NCBI RefSeq assembly: GCF_963921235.1
Contig: NC_086108.1
Coordinates: 46,998,001-47,062,000 of the forward strand
From: Mobula hypostoma
Taxonomy: Eukaryota
Reading direction: 5' to 3'
DNA: 64,000 bases
In this document: positions 37,798 to 52,029 of the stretch, piece by piece
Position numbering within the stretch: the stretch's first letter is position 1
Layout: each line of letters opens with the position of its first letter
Translations under genes and position numbers: made by a program
The notes under the pieces: model-generated
Told to the model about the DNA's origin: nothing
The model's input: the letters and a program-made list of their open reading frames with translations, nothing else
The model's database searches: none

Positions 37798-38249
37798 AAA
37801 TAATCAGGCAGCTTGTCTTGTGGCATGCCATCATTCTACCATTGAATAGATTGGATCTAAAGCCAAACATTCAAAGGCCTACCCTTCTGAGAGCTAGAAA
37901 TGATTATCAAGGGAAGATTACCAGTCAGTTCCTGCAAAAAGGAGCAGTTGGAAGAACTACAATTGTGTTCTTGACACAGGTGCCTGGCACCACCTCTAAA
38001 AGTAAACTTTTCAGTTTACTCCTTGTTGCCAACCCCACACCAACAAGTCAACTCTGGAATGGTCTTGGTAACTAACAAAACCCCAAATGAACTGTCAAAA
38101 TTTTGTGGAGACATAGTTTGGCCACACATTCACAATCTTGGCTTCCATGTTAGGGTAGATGAGGCCACCTCAGAGGCTTCCTAATTGTGATTATTTTCTT
38201 GAAAGGTCATGAAATACAGAAGGGAATCTTCCTGCTTTCTGCAAGGGTG

Positions 38250-39005
38250 AAAGCATAATCAATAAGCTCCAAAACCTAGGCCTCTGTACCTTCCCTCTGC
38301 AACTCAATCCTTGACTTTCTTACTGGGAGACGTCAATCTCTGCGGATCAGAAAAAACATCTCCTTGCTGATGAGCAACGCTGAAGCACCTCCAGGATGTG
38401 TGGCTTGGCACAGCTCAAACATCATCTATAAATTTGCCAATGACGCAACTAATGTTGTCAGAATTTCAAATAGTGATGAGGAAGCATAAAGGAGCGCAAT
38501 ATATCAAGCTGATTGAGTAAAAACGAGCTTGCATTCAACATCAGTAAGACTGAGGAATTGCTTGTGGGTTTCAGAAAGAAGTTGAGGGAGCACACACCAG
38601 TCCTCATTGAGGGATCAGCAATGGAAATGGTGAACAGTTTCAAGTTCCTGGGTGTGAAAGTCTCTGAAAATCTATCCTGAGCCCAACATACTGATGCAAT
38701 TACAGAGAAGGCATGACAGCAGCTATATTTCATTAGGAGTTTGAGACTTGGTACGTCACCAATGATGCTTGTAAATTTCTACAGAATTTTTGGTTTCAGG
38801 AACAGCTTCTCCCCCTCCATCAGGTTTCTAAATAGACAATGAACCCATGAATACTACCTCACTATTTTTTCTTCTTTTTGCACTAATTATTTTTTTATAT
38901 GTATCTATCTGAGAAATGTATATATCTTTTTAAAAAATATATATTGCTGCCATAAAACAACAAATTTCACAGCATAACCAGTGATATTAAATCTGATTCT
39001 GACCT
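38250..39005 (+). mobile_element. Rex1/Babar LINE fragment with deletions
   Basis: IYKFAND, FKFLGV, FRNSF remnants. Tail tctgattctga. Confidence 0.75.
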
Positions 39006-39414
39006 CAAATCCCTTCTCCCAATGGTCATAGAGCAGCTTCCACAATCATTGTAAATTCTTTTAATCCAGAGATTGTGGTAATGATGATCAAGACATGACT
39101 TCCAAAAAAAACATGGGATAAAGCATTTCCCATCATATCTGGCATTTTTTGACCTTTTGAAAACATCTGAGTGTGCCAGTCAAGAATTCATCACCATCCT
39201 ACATCTTTGACATGATGACAAGCAAACCGTGACCTTAATCTATGGTGCACAAGAAACCTAATCTCGGCACAGACCAGTGTTGAGCAACACAATTCATTGC
39301 TCTAAACTATTTCCAATCTTTTTCCTCTTGACTCTTCACCTTTAACCAGCTTCCTGCTGGAGTGGTGCTAAACTACAGGACAAAAAGGGAAACTTCTTCA
39401 TGGCAGCAGTCTTT

Positions 39415-40200
39415 CCCTCAATATCAACTAAACAAAAGAGCTGCTCATTGATTTAAGGAAAAATTACGGAACACGTGCCCCTGAGTGTATCAAAGGTGCT
39501 GAGGTGGAGATGGCTGAAGGCTTCAAATTGATGGGTGTACCATCACCAACAGCTTGTTTTGGTCCGGCTATGTAGAGGCTATGGCCAAGAGAGCATACTA
39601 GCACCTTTACTTCCTTCAGAGGATAAGGAAATTCAGCAGGTCCCTATTGACCTTCACCTATTTTTATAGTTACACTACAGAAGATGCATTACAGCTGGGT
39701 ATGGCAACTGCTCTCCTGAAAACCACAAGAAATTGCAAGGTGTTGTTGCCGCAGTTCTCTCCTCCATGGACTCTTCTGACTACATTTCTCTGTGCCTCAG
39801 AAAAGCAGGCAAGAGTATCAAAGACTCCTCCCACCCTTGACATTCTCTCTTCTCCCCCCACCCTTGACATTCCCTCTTCTTTCTCCCCCCCCCCGCCTTC
39901 TATCTGGCAGAAGATACAAAAGTTTGAAATCATGCACCACCAGGCTTCTGTTCTGCTGTGACAAGACTCCTAAATGGACTTCTTCTGTGATAAAGCTGAA
40001 TTCTTGACTGAGCAATCTACTTTGTCATGGCTCTTGCACATTATTGTCTACCTGCACTGTACTTTCTCTATAATCATATCACTATGTTCTGTATTTAATT
40101 GATTTTTCCCTTTGTTCTACCTTAATGTACTTTGTACTTTAATATGATGTGTATGGGTTTTTCACTTTATCTCAGTTCATGTGATGCTAATAAACCAGTT
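39415..40200 (+). mobile_element. Old Rex1-like LINE 3' fragment
   Basis: KTKELLIDLRK and SGRRYKSLK remnants. Internal tandem duplication at ~39825-39880. Confidence 0.65.
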
Positions 40201-40399
40201 GCAATTCAGAAACAAGGACACTCCACTTTGGTTATTTAGCTGTAGTACAAATTTGATCATGTACACATTTGGAGGCTAAGCTTCCAGAAATCATTGATTC
40301 ATTCACTGAAACAAAAATGAAAAAGGACTATGTACAAAAGGTTTACTGAACAAACATCCCTTACCTACCTGCTCTCTTCTGTACAGCAGAGGCCCTAAC

Positions 40400-41040
40400 A
40401 GTTCCATAAGCATGGGTGTTATCTTCCAAAAAGAGCAAATGTCAGTGAATTTTCCCCATTGGCTTCAGACTGCCAACAGAGTTTTTGACCATTGAAGGAA
40501 GAACATTTAAATATCAAGACCCCAGATTTGGCACGAAGTTTATCATCTGCTGGACAGCAGTGATCTTGGCCATCTTGTATTCTTTTGAGACATGGGTTAC
40601 CTTATACAAGCATCTCAAAGCCTTGGAGAGGTACTGTCTGCAAAATCTTCTACAGTCACTTGAGGATAAACATCCTCTTTCATGCTAACATCAAGCACTG
40701 AAACATCAAGGGTGTAATCACACTTGCCCAGATCCAGTGAGCCCATTTTCTTATGCTCCATCATGGAAAAACATGACCAGGTGGGCAGAAATGATTCCAG
40801 GATGCTTCTCACAGTTACCTTGTAAATGCTTAACATCTCCAGTGACTTTTGGGAATCTTGGCCTATGACTACTTAAAATAAATAATCAACGTAAAGGGTG
40901 GCACTGAGCATCTTTGGTTTTATGAATAATACCATAATTGCCCATCACCCAGCTCCTCTCTGGCTTATCCTTTGGCCACACTGATCACATTAGCAATCTC
41001 GGAGCTGAATAGAAACAAGTCATCCCTGAGCCTGAGGGAA
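40400..41040 (+). mobile_element. Old RTE LINE fragment
   Basis: ORF 40485-40688 AVILAILYSFETWV..KHLKALERY, an RTE C-terminal motif. Confidence 0.55.
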
Positions 41041-41339
41041 GAGGGAGAAGTTAATGAAGAAGCCAAAGTACGTAGATGTTGATTTATGTGTTGACAAGCA
41101 CAGTCTAAAGAGGTTGAACATCTAGGCTTTGTTCCTTTTCATCACAGTGTTTGCTGCTGATAGTCCAGGCTGATGCCTTGCTCCTTTGAAATCATTTTCT
41201 ATTTCTCTGAAACTGAACTTTTCACATTCTTTACTTTCATTGCCTCTTCAATATCTGCGTATTAAACTGCAATGCTTCTACTCTATAAAATGCTTTATTT
41301 GAGTCTTCAGGAATTCTAAAACTTCTCCTTTTGACTGTG

Positions 41340-41670
41340 CAACGCACATAAAATGCTGGAGGAACTCAGCAGGCCAGGCAGCATCTATGGACAAAGTACA
41401 GTTGATGTTTTGGGCCCAGACCCTTCGGCAGGGCTGGAAAAAAAATGAGTAGATTTAAAAGGTGGGGGGAGGGAAGAGAGAAACACAAGGTGATAGGTGA
41501 AACCAGGAGGGATGAAGTAGAGCTGGGAAGTTGATTGGTGAAAGAGATACAGCTGGAGAAGGGGGAGTTTGATAGGGGAGGGGACAGAAGACCATGGAAG
41601 AAAGAAAAGGGGGAGGAGCACCAGAAAGAGGTGATGGGCAGGCAAGGAAATAAGGTGAGAGAGGGACCTT
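41340..41670 (-). mobile_element. Penelope pLTR fragment
   Basis: aatgctggaggaactcagcaggccaggcagcatct..cccttcggcagg (degenerate hammerhead). Confidence 0.75.
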
Positions 41671-42065
41671 TGGTTTCTCTCAAACTTTTTTTTTCTTTTG
41701 TTTACCGTTTGCTGTATCAATCAAGCCAGTGCCTGAAAAAAGCTTCCCTTCATGTTAGAGATACCCCTACCTCAGTTTGTAGGTTAAAGTAGGGAATTTC
41801 AGAGAGGAAATTCCCTGGCAAGAACAGACATTGAAAAAGGAAGATTTAAATTAAAATTTAAATTACCTTGGGGAAAATAGAATCATATTAAATTGAATAC
41901 ATCTTTGAGTCATTGGTTTACATGATCTTAATAGATTTAGCAAGAAGATTGAAACTGAAGTTGTGAATCTTAATGTGGTGATTGAAACTGTGGTTGAAAA
42001 TGCCGCAGATCTTGGCTGAAGACACACATGTTCAGAAAAGGTTGCTTGGAGTATTAATAAGCAGT

Positions 42066-42630
42066 AAAAGTTCAAAGTACTTTTATTAGTAACGTATGTA
42101 TACTATACACAACCTTGAGATTCGTCTCCTTACAGGCAGCCACAAAACAAACTCAAAAGAACCCGTTAAAAAAGAAGACAGTCAAGCATCCATGGTCAAA
42201 TAAAGCCACATTGTGCAAACAATAAAAAGTAAGCAAATAAAATTCAGAACTAAAGCATATGAAAGTGAGTTCACAGCCACAAAGCCTGTGGCAGTCCCAG
42301 ACCCTGTTAATTTCAGGCCACAGCCTCAGTTCACCTCAGACACTGGCCTGTCCCTCTCCAGTCCTGACACCCTGACCTTTTCAATCTGGCCCAGTGCTTA
42401 AGTTGGCCAAACATCAGTGTGTTCCTTGCCTTTGGACTCGGGCCCTGCTGCCCTGATATACTCTCAGGCCTGAGCCCCGGTACCTCAATTTGGCACCTAT
42501 CTGACCTTTCCAACCTGGCCTAGCATCGGCTTGCTCCTCGCTCTCAGGCTTAGGCCCCACTGCTTTGACTTGCCATGCCTCAGATCTGCTGCTTCGAATC
42601 GGCACCACGTCTGCTCCAGCAATCGCCAAT
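42066..42630 (-). repeat. Unclassified repeat with a Rex1-type tail
   Basis: Terminus aagttcaaagtacttttatta..caaccttgagattc and a GC-richer body. Confidence 0.45.
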
Positions 42631-44841
42631 TGCTAATTGAATAATTTGTGCAAAAAGTACATGTGCATTCACCAGCAACTTTTATCTGTGTAGTGATTAG
42701 TATTGTTCACATTCTTATCACTCATCTTCCACTGAACTTGCTGGCTTTGACTAAGCACCTTGCTTTTGACTCTTGTCTATAGGGACTTTTATAGTGCACT
42801 TGTATGTTATATTTTGGGCAGGAATGAAAATCACCTCAACAAGGGCAAAAGAATGCATAATCCAAAGATGGCAACATCACTCAGGGAAAATGTTGTTTTC
42901 CACATACAGTAACGAAGTTGAGTCCATTTTTAATTTCCACAGTTGTGATGATGACTATCAACAAAGCTTCAAATAATCTAAAGCCATTGACATATCCCAG
43001 AGAATATTTGTTTTGGGAAATGATGTGATCACATTGGGGAATAACTACTGGCTGAATTAATTTATGCAGCCAAAGTTAGTCTTGTTTATTGAAGTGGAAC
43101 TGGTGGATTACTGAAAAGAGCACATCTCTTTCCAAGTACAATAAAAGCACAAACCAGCAGTCTCAGTAGGCTTTTGGCAAAGTTGATTCAAAGAGGCAGG
43201 GCAAGTGGAGAAGATCCATTGTAACATTTAGGAACTTTTACTAGAATACTTTGATTTATTAGAAGCAAAACAAATTTGGTTTAGTGGCAGAAATGGTGAA
43301 TATATGTGAAAGTCAACGTAGTTGGTGGTTGTTTCCTTTAACTCAACCGTGAATCGTTTCTTTTATGTTTTAGGTTTTTTTTTGCATGGGGAAACCATGT
43401 GGTAAAAGAATTTAAATTGTTTAGATTTCTTTTCAGGCTACAAGATTGAATCTTCAGCTTTTTAAAATCTTGTTTATTAGCCCCCTTGAGAGAACATTTT
43501 GGAGAGTTAATGTAAATGTTAACAATTGTGTTTTGCAGTACATAAATAATCCATTTCATCTTTTTCAAATGGCCGAGAGTTTATTCTCTTTTCATCTTTC
43601 ACTGCCTTTCACATTGTATCAAGCAGAATGGAAAGAGAATGGACATTTTGAATATATTTTTTCATTTTGATAGAACTGCTTGGTCATTGGGTATGATGAT
43701 TGATCTCAAAGACCTTAAGCCCTTTTGGCTTAAAGCTGTCATCCCAGTAAAGTGAACAGTGATATTCATTTCAAAGATGGGTGGTAAATAATTAATGAAA
43801 ATAGTTTTCTTTATTCATCAGCATGAACCTTTCTTTGTGCATCATTTCAAATGCTTTAGATGAAGCTGTTTTTACGCTTAACGAAGGTGACTAACACAGT
43901 TGTATAGATATGCTTGTCATATACTGAGATTCACAATTGCTTTGATAATCTTAGTATTCTCTTCCCCTTTCATTTAGACTACTTAAATTTCATTTATTAG
44001 TGAATATTAGATTTATTGATTGCATTACTGACACTCGTTGCTATTCTGTCGGGATAAATGTGTAAAAATAACCAATTTAATCCAGAATGGAATCTAAGGC
44101 ATTCCTTTTCAACCTTTTGGTCTGTTTGCTATGCTATGTGAAATGTTGAGAGACTTGCAATGAGATTTCGAAAGCAGTGCTATAGTTTTCATTGCTGTTT
44201 GCCATGCTGTACCAAATGTGTCACCCTGCTGCATCAGTCTATCCTCATATTCATGGTTAGTTTAGTTTAACTATGGACTTCAAGTCTCATCCATGCTTAC
44301 AAAAACAGATGAACCATTAAATCAAAGTCTCTCTTGATTTTGTAAATTATGGACACTTGTCTTGGGGAGGGGGAGGAGGGAACGTCGACTCAGACCATGA
44401 GAGGCCTGGGTCGGGCATTTTCATGCCTTACAAGGCGCAGATTGGACGTCTGTGTGGGGCGCCACTCCTCGCGCAGACTTTTCTTGAGTCCAGTGTAAAA
44501 TTTGGTTTGGGCAGTGTCATTAGTTATTTTGTGCAGAAATGCAACGCAAAGCTGTTGGTGCTATTTCAGGTATAGAATTGAACCTAGAATGATTTTTGTA
44601 AGTGATCAGCTACAGTTCTAAGTGAAGACTTAAAGCTTGTTTGTCTATAGGATTTAGGAGTACATGTGAGAGTGACTTCCCTAGAACTGCTAGTTATAAA
44701 GTTAAACAATAACACAATCCTAATATCACACTGGAGCTATTCATTCCAACCATTCACTGACTGCAGGTTCTGCAATTCATTCTATCAATCACATGGGAAA
44801 ATCTGGATGTGTACAGCCATCAAAACAACCTGTAGTTTACA

Positions 44842-46170
44842 CCAGTGGTTCTCAGCCTTTTTCTGCTCATGGCCCACCTTCATTTACCTCGGTGTCTCCC
44901 ACCCTCCACAGTCTCCATTAGTTGCTAAAGTCTTTTTTTTGACAACTGTACTAGCTATTCAAATATACATCAATATTTATGTTTTAATAGGATACAAGTA
45001 TTATATGTTAAATATAATGTTACAGGTGTATTGTGAAAATAAATCTATTTCAAAACTCTTGAAAGGATACTTGATAATATATATATTTTTCTAACCAGCA
45101 AAGAAAAAACTGTTTAATATTGTTACTTTCAGTATTTAGTGAGATCCTTGCAACTGATGAAATGAGCGAATTTTTGAATATCTGGCTGCAACTTGGTTAA
45201 CAATACTCGAAGATCACCTCTTTTCACAACATCCTTACTTCAGTGACATATTACTCTGCAGCTCAGTAAGACATTCTTGCAATGTGGTGTCAACATCATT
45301 CACATTCACCCCAAATGGATCCACCAGCCAATCTGGAATATGCATTTCCAGCAGATCTGGACCTCGGACCTCTGGATGCATTAGTTGCCATTCAAAATCT
45401 TCATTTTCCACACAAAGATGTTGAAAAAGGTTATCTTGAAATGCATTTGATTTGAAGTTGACAGCCATTATTACAGCAGAAAGGGTGTCGTGCAAGCGTC
45501 TTCCCAATTTTTTGTAACCAAATATTGATAGTGGATGACCCAATGTCTTAAGCTTTCAGGCAAAAAGCATTTCCTCACTGGCCTGGTCATCATTCAGAAG
45601 CCAAACATATGTCGTCAGAGGGGCTTCATTATCATGTAATATGTTTTCATCGATTTGCAGGGCAAACTTCTTAACTTGCACTTGTGCTACTAGTTGTTTT
45701 TCCACATTATCTGACATTTCATCAATATGCCTTGATACTGTTGAGTTGCTCAAGGGGATAGCTTGAATAGTTTCATATGCGCTCTGATTTATAATAGTAG
45801 AAATTACAACAGAAACTGCAGGCTGTCAATGATTCACCTATATTATGTGGCTTGCCAGCTTTTGCAATAGGTTACAAGTAAACGTTTGTCTATCTTTGCT
45901 GCTTTTTCCACTAAACATTCACTTTACTGCGGTCTTGATTGGAAAATTATCACGTAGTTTTTTGAAGTAATCCAATGTCATGTCTTGTCTTGGCCTTATG
46001 CACTGTCTCCAAGTCATTCCTCAGTTTACATGGCCCATTTGAAAGAGTAGTCATACAAATTAGACACAGTGGTACCCTTTTATCCTGTGGGGATGAAATA
46101 AAACCGTGGGGAAGATACTCAAATGGAATATTGCTGACATTTTTTCTTTGCCACAGTAGCCATCGGTAAT
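44842..46170 (-). mobile_element. hAT (Charlie/ZBED5/SCAND3-like) transposon remnant
   Basis: Terminus cagtggttctcagcctttt. Translations LSNSTVSRHIDEMSDNVEKQL..FALQIDE and IPDWLVDPF..LQECLTELQ. Confidence 0.85.
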
Positions 46171-46879
46171 CTGATATATTAAACTTTTTAAAAGTATGCT
46201 CACGGGATTATAATATATATTTGAGAGGAATCTCAAAGTTGTATACTGTATACATCGATAATAAATTTACCTTGAACCTTAGACGTCAAAGAATTATGGT
46301 TATTCTCACATGAAAAAGCATCAATATTGAATATACGTGTAAAAATAAAATGAGCTTTTTAAATATTTTTTGGGCAAATACAGTATTTTTAAAAATGCTA
46401 TTATCTATGCAAATTCTGTGTGGCAATAAAGAATGTGTACTCATCAAGAAAAGAGAATTTAACTTCCTTTCAAAATATGATAAATATCGAATTTAATGGA
46501 GGTTGTAGCTGTGGACTTTACGTGTTCTTGCCTCAATGCAGTTTAGCTGTTTCTGGCAGATGATCCCTCTGCCGTATCTGCAGCCTTCATGTCATGTTTT
46601 GTAAGTACTACAACACACACTAGTCAGTGGAAGGTAAACAGAACCAGCCTCCTGCTGCATACTTGCTGATTGGCCTTGCTGAAGACGATACAATTGCCCA
46701 ATCTGCAGTTTGTGATTTGGGGGAGGATATGAAGTGGGACTCGCAGGGCCTCCCTGCACTGTGAATGGTGATTTGTGCAGGAGCATAGATAGTTGGTCGT
46801 TTTCATGGTTCTAGAGTTCTAAATTTACCGTATACTAAATTTAGATTGTATGTTCAAAGTGAGCCCAATTTAATCAAAG

Positions 46880-47600
46880 TTATTTTCTAAACGGGGAGGT
46901 AATTCAGAAATTTGAAATGCTAATGAACTTGGAGTACAAGGGTAGAATTCCCTAAAGGTTAACCTGCAGGTTGAGTTGGTGGCAGTGTAGGTAAAGGTAA
47001 TGTTAACATTCATCTCAAGGGGATTGGGACTATATAAAAAAAAGTATATTGTATAATGCTGAGACTTTAAAAGACATTAGTCAGACATGTTTGAAGTACT
47101 GTGAGCAGTTTTGGGCCCATATCTAAGTAAAGATATGCTGGCATTGGAGAGGGTTCAGAAGAGGTTCACAAGAATGACCTCAGGGATGAGGGTCTTTATG
47201 TTTGTAATCAGTAGAGTTGAGAAAGATGAGGGAGGGGTGATCTCATTGAAATATGAAAGGTCTGGATAAAGTGCATGTTGGAACGTGAGCGAGTCTAGGA
47301 CTAGAGGGCACAGCCTCAGAATAGAAGGATGTTCCTTTAGAATGAAGATGAAGAGGAACTTGTTTTTCCAGAGAATAGTGAATCTATGGAATTCATTGCT
47401 ACAGACAGCCGTGGAGGCCAATTCATTGGGTATATTTAAAGCTAATGTTGATAGATTTTTGATTAGTCAGGGCACCAAAGGTTACAGGGAGAACGCAGGA
47501 GAATAAGGTTGAGAGGTATATTAAATCAGCCAGGAAGGAATGGTGAAGCAGACAATGGGCCAAATGGCCTAATTCTGCTCCTATTATGGCCTTGTGGTCT
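46880..47600 (+). mobile_element. CR1 LINE 3' fragment
   Basis: ESRTRGHSLRIEG..FFQRIVNLWNSL. 3' UTR ggcctaattctgctcct. Confidence 0.85.
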
Positions 47601-47604
47601 AATC

Positions 47605-47870
47605 AACATGAAGTACTTGTGAAGGTGAGGGTGGATGTGAAGTTGTAGTTACCTGGAGGTTTTCTGGCCCATGTTTGACTGTTGTGACAGGTCTGGAGTA
47701 AATACAAGGGATTCTCAGGACCACTCCTTGACTGTGTGCCACTGAGACCACCCAAATTCTGTCAGTGGAACGGTATATTCTGATACCGTGGTTGTGGCAT
47801 CTGGTATATTAATTAGAAAGAGATGACTACGACATATCAGGCTACTCCATAAGCAAAGTGCTGCAAGTGG
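47605..47870 (+). repeat. Duplicated segment, copy A (copy B at 55842-56102)
   Basis: Shared blocks ggtgagggtggat, tagttacctggag, caagggattctcaggacca, tgactgtgtgccactgaga, ccataagcaaa. Confidence 0.85.
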
Positions 47871-48901
47871 AGAGAGTTTTTAGCCATGATTGAATGGCTT
47901 AATTCTGCTGCTATGTCTTGTCATCTTATGGCACTAGCTTTTGTAATAGCTTTTCGATTGGGCAAATTAGTGAGTTACTGAAAGAAGTAAAATCTGTTGA
48001 GTTTTATCATAACATATATCTTCAGTAAACCACCACAGACCTTCCGAAAGTCAAACTTTTTCAGCAGAAGAACTTAAATTTAATTATGGTAGTGTCAGTG
48101 TGTTACAAGCTGACTGAAAACCGAACTGCCCCTAATAGGCATTCTGCCTGCTGCCATCCAGTTGTACCCTTCAGATTGCACTAAATAATTGCAGAGCTAG
48201 AAATTATTACTGGAGCTAATTATGTTTCCCTTTATATTTTGCTACTTCTGATGTTTGTGAGAACAGAGCAAAAGTTTAATGCAACTTGAGATACTTGCGT
48301 TCAAGGTTATGTTGTAACCTGCATTAAGATTGCCAGTCTGTGCTTGCTCTTTCAATTGCCAATATTATGAGCTGTTATCAATGATTTAGAAGCAGGAAGA
48401 ATACTGTATTTCCTTTCTGCATATTTGACTAAGTCACTTTTTGTGTTGGCTGTAAGTGTTTGTAGCTGTTTGAATGTGTCAATGTTGACTGCTTTGCACG
48501 GGAGGCGGTACTATTTATTTATAAGTCAATGCCAAATCTTCTGAGGATAGGTTGAAGAAAGTTATGCTATAATGTTATTCTTACACATTTTAATATGATG
48601 GTGAATGCTTCATGATAGATAAGGTTAGTAGTAGACAAATGGTACCTCAGTTGATAAATTAGGCTTTCCTTTCTTTTAATTGATCAATGCAGAAGACCAA
48701 TGTTTATGTAACAACAGGATTCCGATAACATTGGATAATTTTGATTCTTGCTTATTATGTGCTGCTTTCTTTTTGTGAAATTAATGAACAAAGTGAATAG
48801 TTCTGATAGGTGGAGGCCAGGATTGTCATCTGATTAATGAAGGTGAAATATTGGAACCAAGTTAGAGAGTAAGAATACAGATATTTTTTATCTATAGATG
48901 A

Positions 48902-49114
48902 AGAGAAGAAGGAAGCCCTTAACTCCGAGTAGAGTCATCGGGACGCTGTCAGGACAGCGTTTTTTTTTTAGCAGGCTTTCTTATTTTTACAAAGCCGAGT
49001 TGCTAGCTCAACACTCAACCCAGCACGGATGGAAAGCATGGAGCCGGCTGGATTCGAACTCGAGAGCCTTCGCTCCAAAGTCTGGCACTGATGCCACTAC
49101 ACCACCAGCCGGCA
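48902..49114 (-). mobile_element. Young tRNA SINE with a TTC-type tail
   Basis: A box tggtgtagtgg, B box gttcgaatcc. 12 bp TSD atctatagatga at 48890-48901 and 49115-49126. Confidence 0.85.
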
Positions 49115-49289
49115 ATCTATAGATGAGGATATAGATAATACATAGGTGGTACTAATGGAGATTAAAAAATTGAGTTAAGAACAAATATAGATAACATAGA
49201 AATGATCAGTTCCAAATTAGACAGAGAAAGCAAATATTGTTGCTGCATTTGGTACTGAGTCTGGAAACCTGCAGTATGCCCAGACAGAT

Positions 49290-49570
49290 GGTGAGGCACT
49301 TTTCCTTAAGCTACATTGGCATTGTTGTGACAGCACATGAAACCATATTTGGAATGGGATGGTAATTCAAGTGGCAGGCAGCGTGAGTTCCAAGTCACTC
49401 CTGTAGACTGAACACAGGTACCCTACACACTGATTACCATATTGCATTTGGGTACTCCAGGGTAGTGTTGACCATATGGTCGACACCAATTACAGTGTGA
49501 TTTGGGAGAAAATTGGAAAAGTTGCAAGTTGAATTGCTATTTCATTTAGAAGAACAGATTATCCTCTGAA
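49290..49570 (-). mobile_element. Very old Penelope GIY-YIG remnant
   Basis: Colinear similarity to 16150-16430 (ggaatggga..aattcaagtggc..gactgaacacagg). Confidence 0.45.
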
Positions 49571-50509
49571 TGGTAGGAGATGGAACTTGATTGGTATTAT
49601 CTCTTACAATAAAGTGGGAAAATGCTTAAGATGGGTTGTCAATGTATGAAAGAGGAAGGATAACAAATTTTGAAGTACCCTGATTACTAAATACTGTTTG
49701 GTACTCCATCCACAAATTTGACTTTCTGCATGAGCAATACTGGCAATGTATGTTTCCATTACAGATTATTTCAATTTCTGGAATGCATTTTCACTAAAAC
49801 ACTTAAATAATATGAAATTTTATCATAATATAAATGTATTTCTGTGGAAGGAGAGCAAGCTTATTATCCTTGAGTCAGTGATAGCAATTGTCAAGAGGTC
49901 ATGGATTCAAGTCTTGTTGCAGAGACTTAAGCACATAATCCAGGCTGAGACATGATTGGAATACTAAAGGTGTGCTTGCATTCTGTTGTATATACTGTCT
50001 TTCAGTTTAGAGTTTAACAGAATCAGTTTCTTTTGTTCAGTAGAGCTGCACAATTTCAGTCTAGCTGTGATTTAAAAAAAAATTACAATTAATGGTGCTT
50101 ATTTACAATTAAGGGTAATTTGGAGGGAGATCTGCAGGTGGTTGTATTTCATGAACTATTTGCATTTGACCTTGATGGTAGAGATCACCATGTATAGAAT
50201 GATGCAAGACAAACCCATCTGGCCTATCAGTTCTTTGCCAGCTCTAAGTAGGGTGCTCTTAAAAGTTCCATTCCCTACTTTTTTTTCTAGTTTTTTTCCT
50301 TATAGTCATACATATTAAATTCAGTTTAGTGCTGTGCCTATTGTCTGGAAAGCCCTGGTTGATTCTATTTTCACCTTCTTACAGGCAGTGAGTTCGAGAC
50401 TGTGGTAACTGTCATTGTGTTTCAAATGTTTTTCTTGTGCTAATCATGTATCTCTTTGAATATAAATATCTTTTGGCAGTTTTTCCTGTTGAAACTAAGT
50501 CCTGCCAGT

Positions 50510-51898
50510 TAGACCATAAGACCTTGAGACAAAGGAGCAGAAGTAGGCCATTCCACCCATCGAGTCTGCTCCGCCATTTTATCATGAGCTGATCCATTCT
50601 CCTATTTAGTCCCACTTCCCCGCCTTCTCACCATAACCTTTGATGCCCTGGCTACTCAGATACCTATCAGTCTCTGCCTTAAATACACCCAATGACTTGG
50701 CCTCCACTGCTGCCCGTGGCAACAAATTCCATCGATTCACCACCCTCTGACTAAAAAAATTTCTTCGTATTTCTGTTCTGAATGGGTGCCCTTCAATCCT
50801 TAAGTCATTCCCTCTTGTACTAGACTCCCCCATCATGGGAAACAACTTTGCCACATCCACTCTGTCCATGCCTTTCAACATTCGAAATGTTTGTATGAGG
50901 TCTCCCCTCATTCTTCTAAACTCCAAGGAATACAGTCCAAGGACAAACGTTCCTCATATGTTAATCCTCTCATTCCCGGAATCATTCTAGTGAATCTTCT
51001 CTGTACCCTCTCCAACGTCAGCACATCCTTTCTTAAATAAGGAGACCAAAACTGCCCACAGTACTCCAAGTGAGGTCTCACCAGCACCTTATAGAGCCTC
51101 AACATCACATCCCTGCTCCTATACTCTATTCCTCTAGAAATGAATGCCAACATTGCATTCACCTTCTTCACTACTGACTCAACCTGGAGGTTAACTTTAA
51201 GGGTATCCTGTACGAGGACTCCCAAGTCCCGTTGCATCTCAGAACTTTGAATTCTTTCCCTATTTAAATAATAGTCTGCCCGTTTATTTTTTCTGCCAAA
51301 GTGCATAACCATACACTTTCCAACATTGTACTTCATTTGCCACTTCTCTGCCCATTCTTCCAATCTATCCGTCTCTCTGCAGACTCTCCGTTTCCTCAGC
51401 ACTACCGGCCCCTCCACCTATCTTCATATCGTCAGCAAACTTAGCCACAAAGCCATCTATTCCATAATCCAAATTGTTGATGTACAATGTAAAAAGAAGT
51501 GGCCCCAACACTGACCCCTGTGGAACACCACTGGTAACCGGCAGTCAACCAGAATAGGATCCCTTTATTCCCACTTTCTGTTTCCTGCCAATCAGCCAAT
51601 GCTCTATTCACGTATGTAACTTTCCCATAGTTCCGTGGGCTCTTATCTTGTTAAATAGCCTCATGTGTGGCACCTTGTCAAAGGCCTTCTGAAAATCCAA
51701 ATATACAACATCCACTGCATCTCCCTTGTCTAGCCTACTGGTAATTTCCTCAAAAAATTGTAATAGGTTTGTCAGGCAGGATTTTCCTTTAAGGAATCCA
51801 TGCTGAGTTCTGCCTATCTTGTCATATGCCTCCAGGTACTCTGTAACCTCATCCTTGACAATCGACTCCAACAACTTCCCAACCACTGATGTTAAGCT
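50510..51898 (-). mobile_element. CR1 LINE, RT to 3' end, well preserved
   Basis: SLTSVVGKLLESI, QHGFLKGKSCLTNL, VYLDFQKAFDKVPH, LVRPHLEYC. A few frameshifts. Confidence 0.95.
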
Positions 51899-52029
51899 GT
51901 AAAGTTTCACCAGCTACTGTGTCTGGTCTGGGACAGATGCTGTTGGTTGTGTTGTCAGCTTTTTGACAATGAGGATATCAGCCAAATGATGTATGGTTTA
52001 ACGGCACTTTTTGGTCCTGGGGTCACTGG

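Noticed and set aside
45235..45753. Domesticated ZBED5/SCAND3 gene
   Set aside because: Fragmented by stops and deletions and keeps a transposon terminus.
49040..49114. tRNA gene
   Set aside because: The A and B boxes belong to a SINE head with a tail and TSD; there is no complete cloverleaf.
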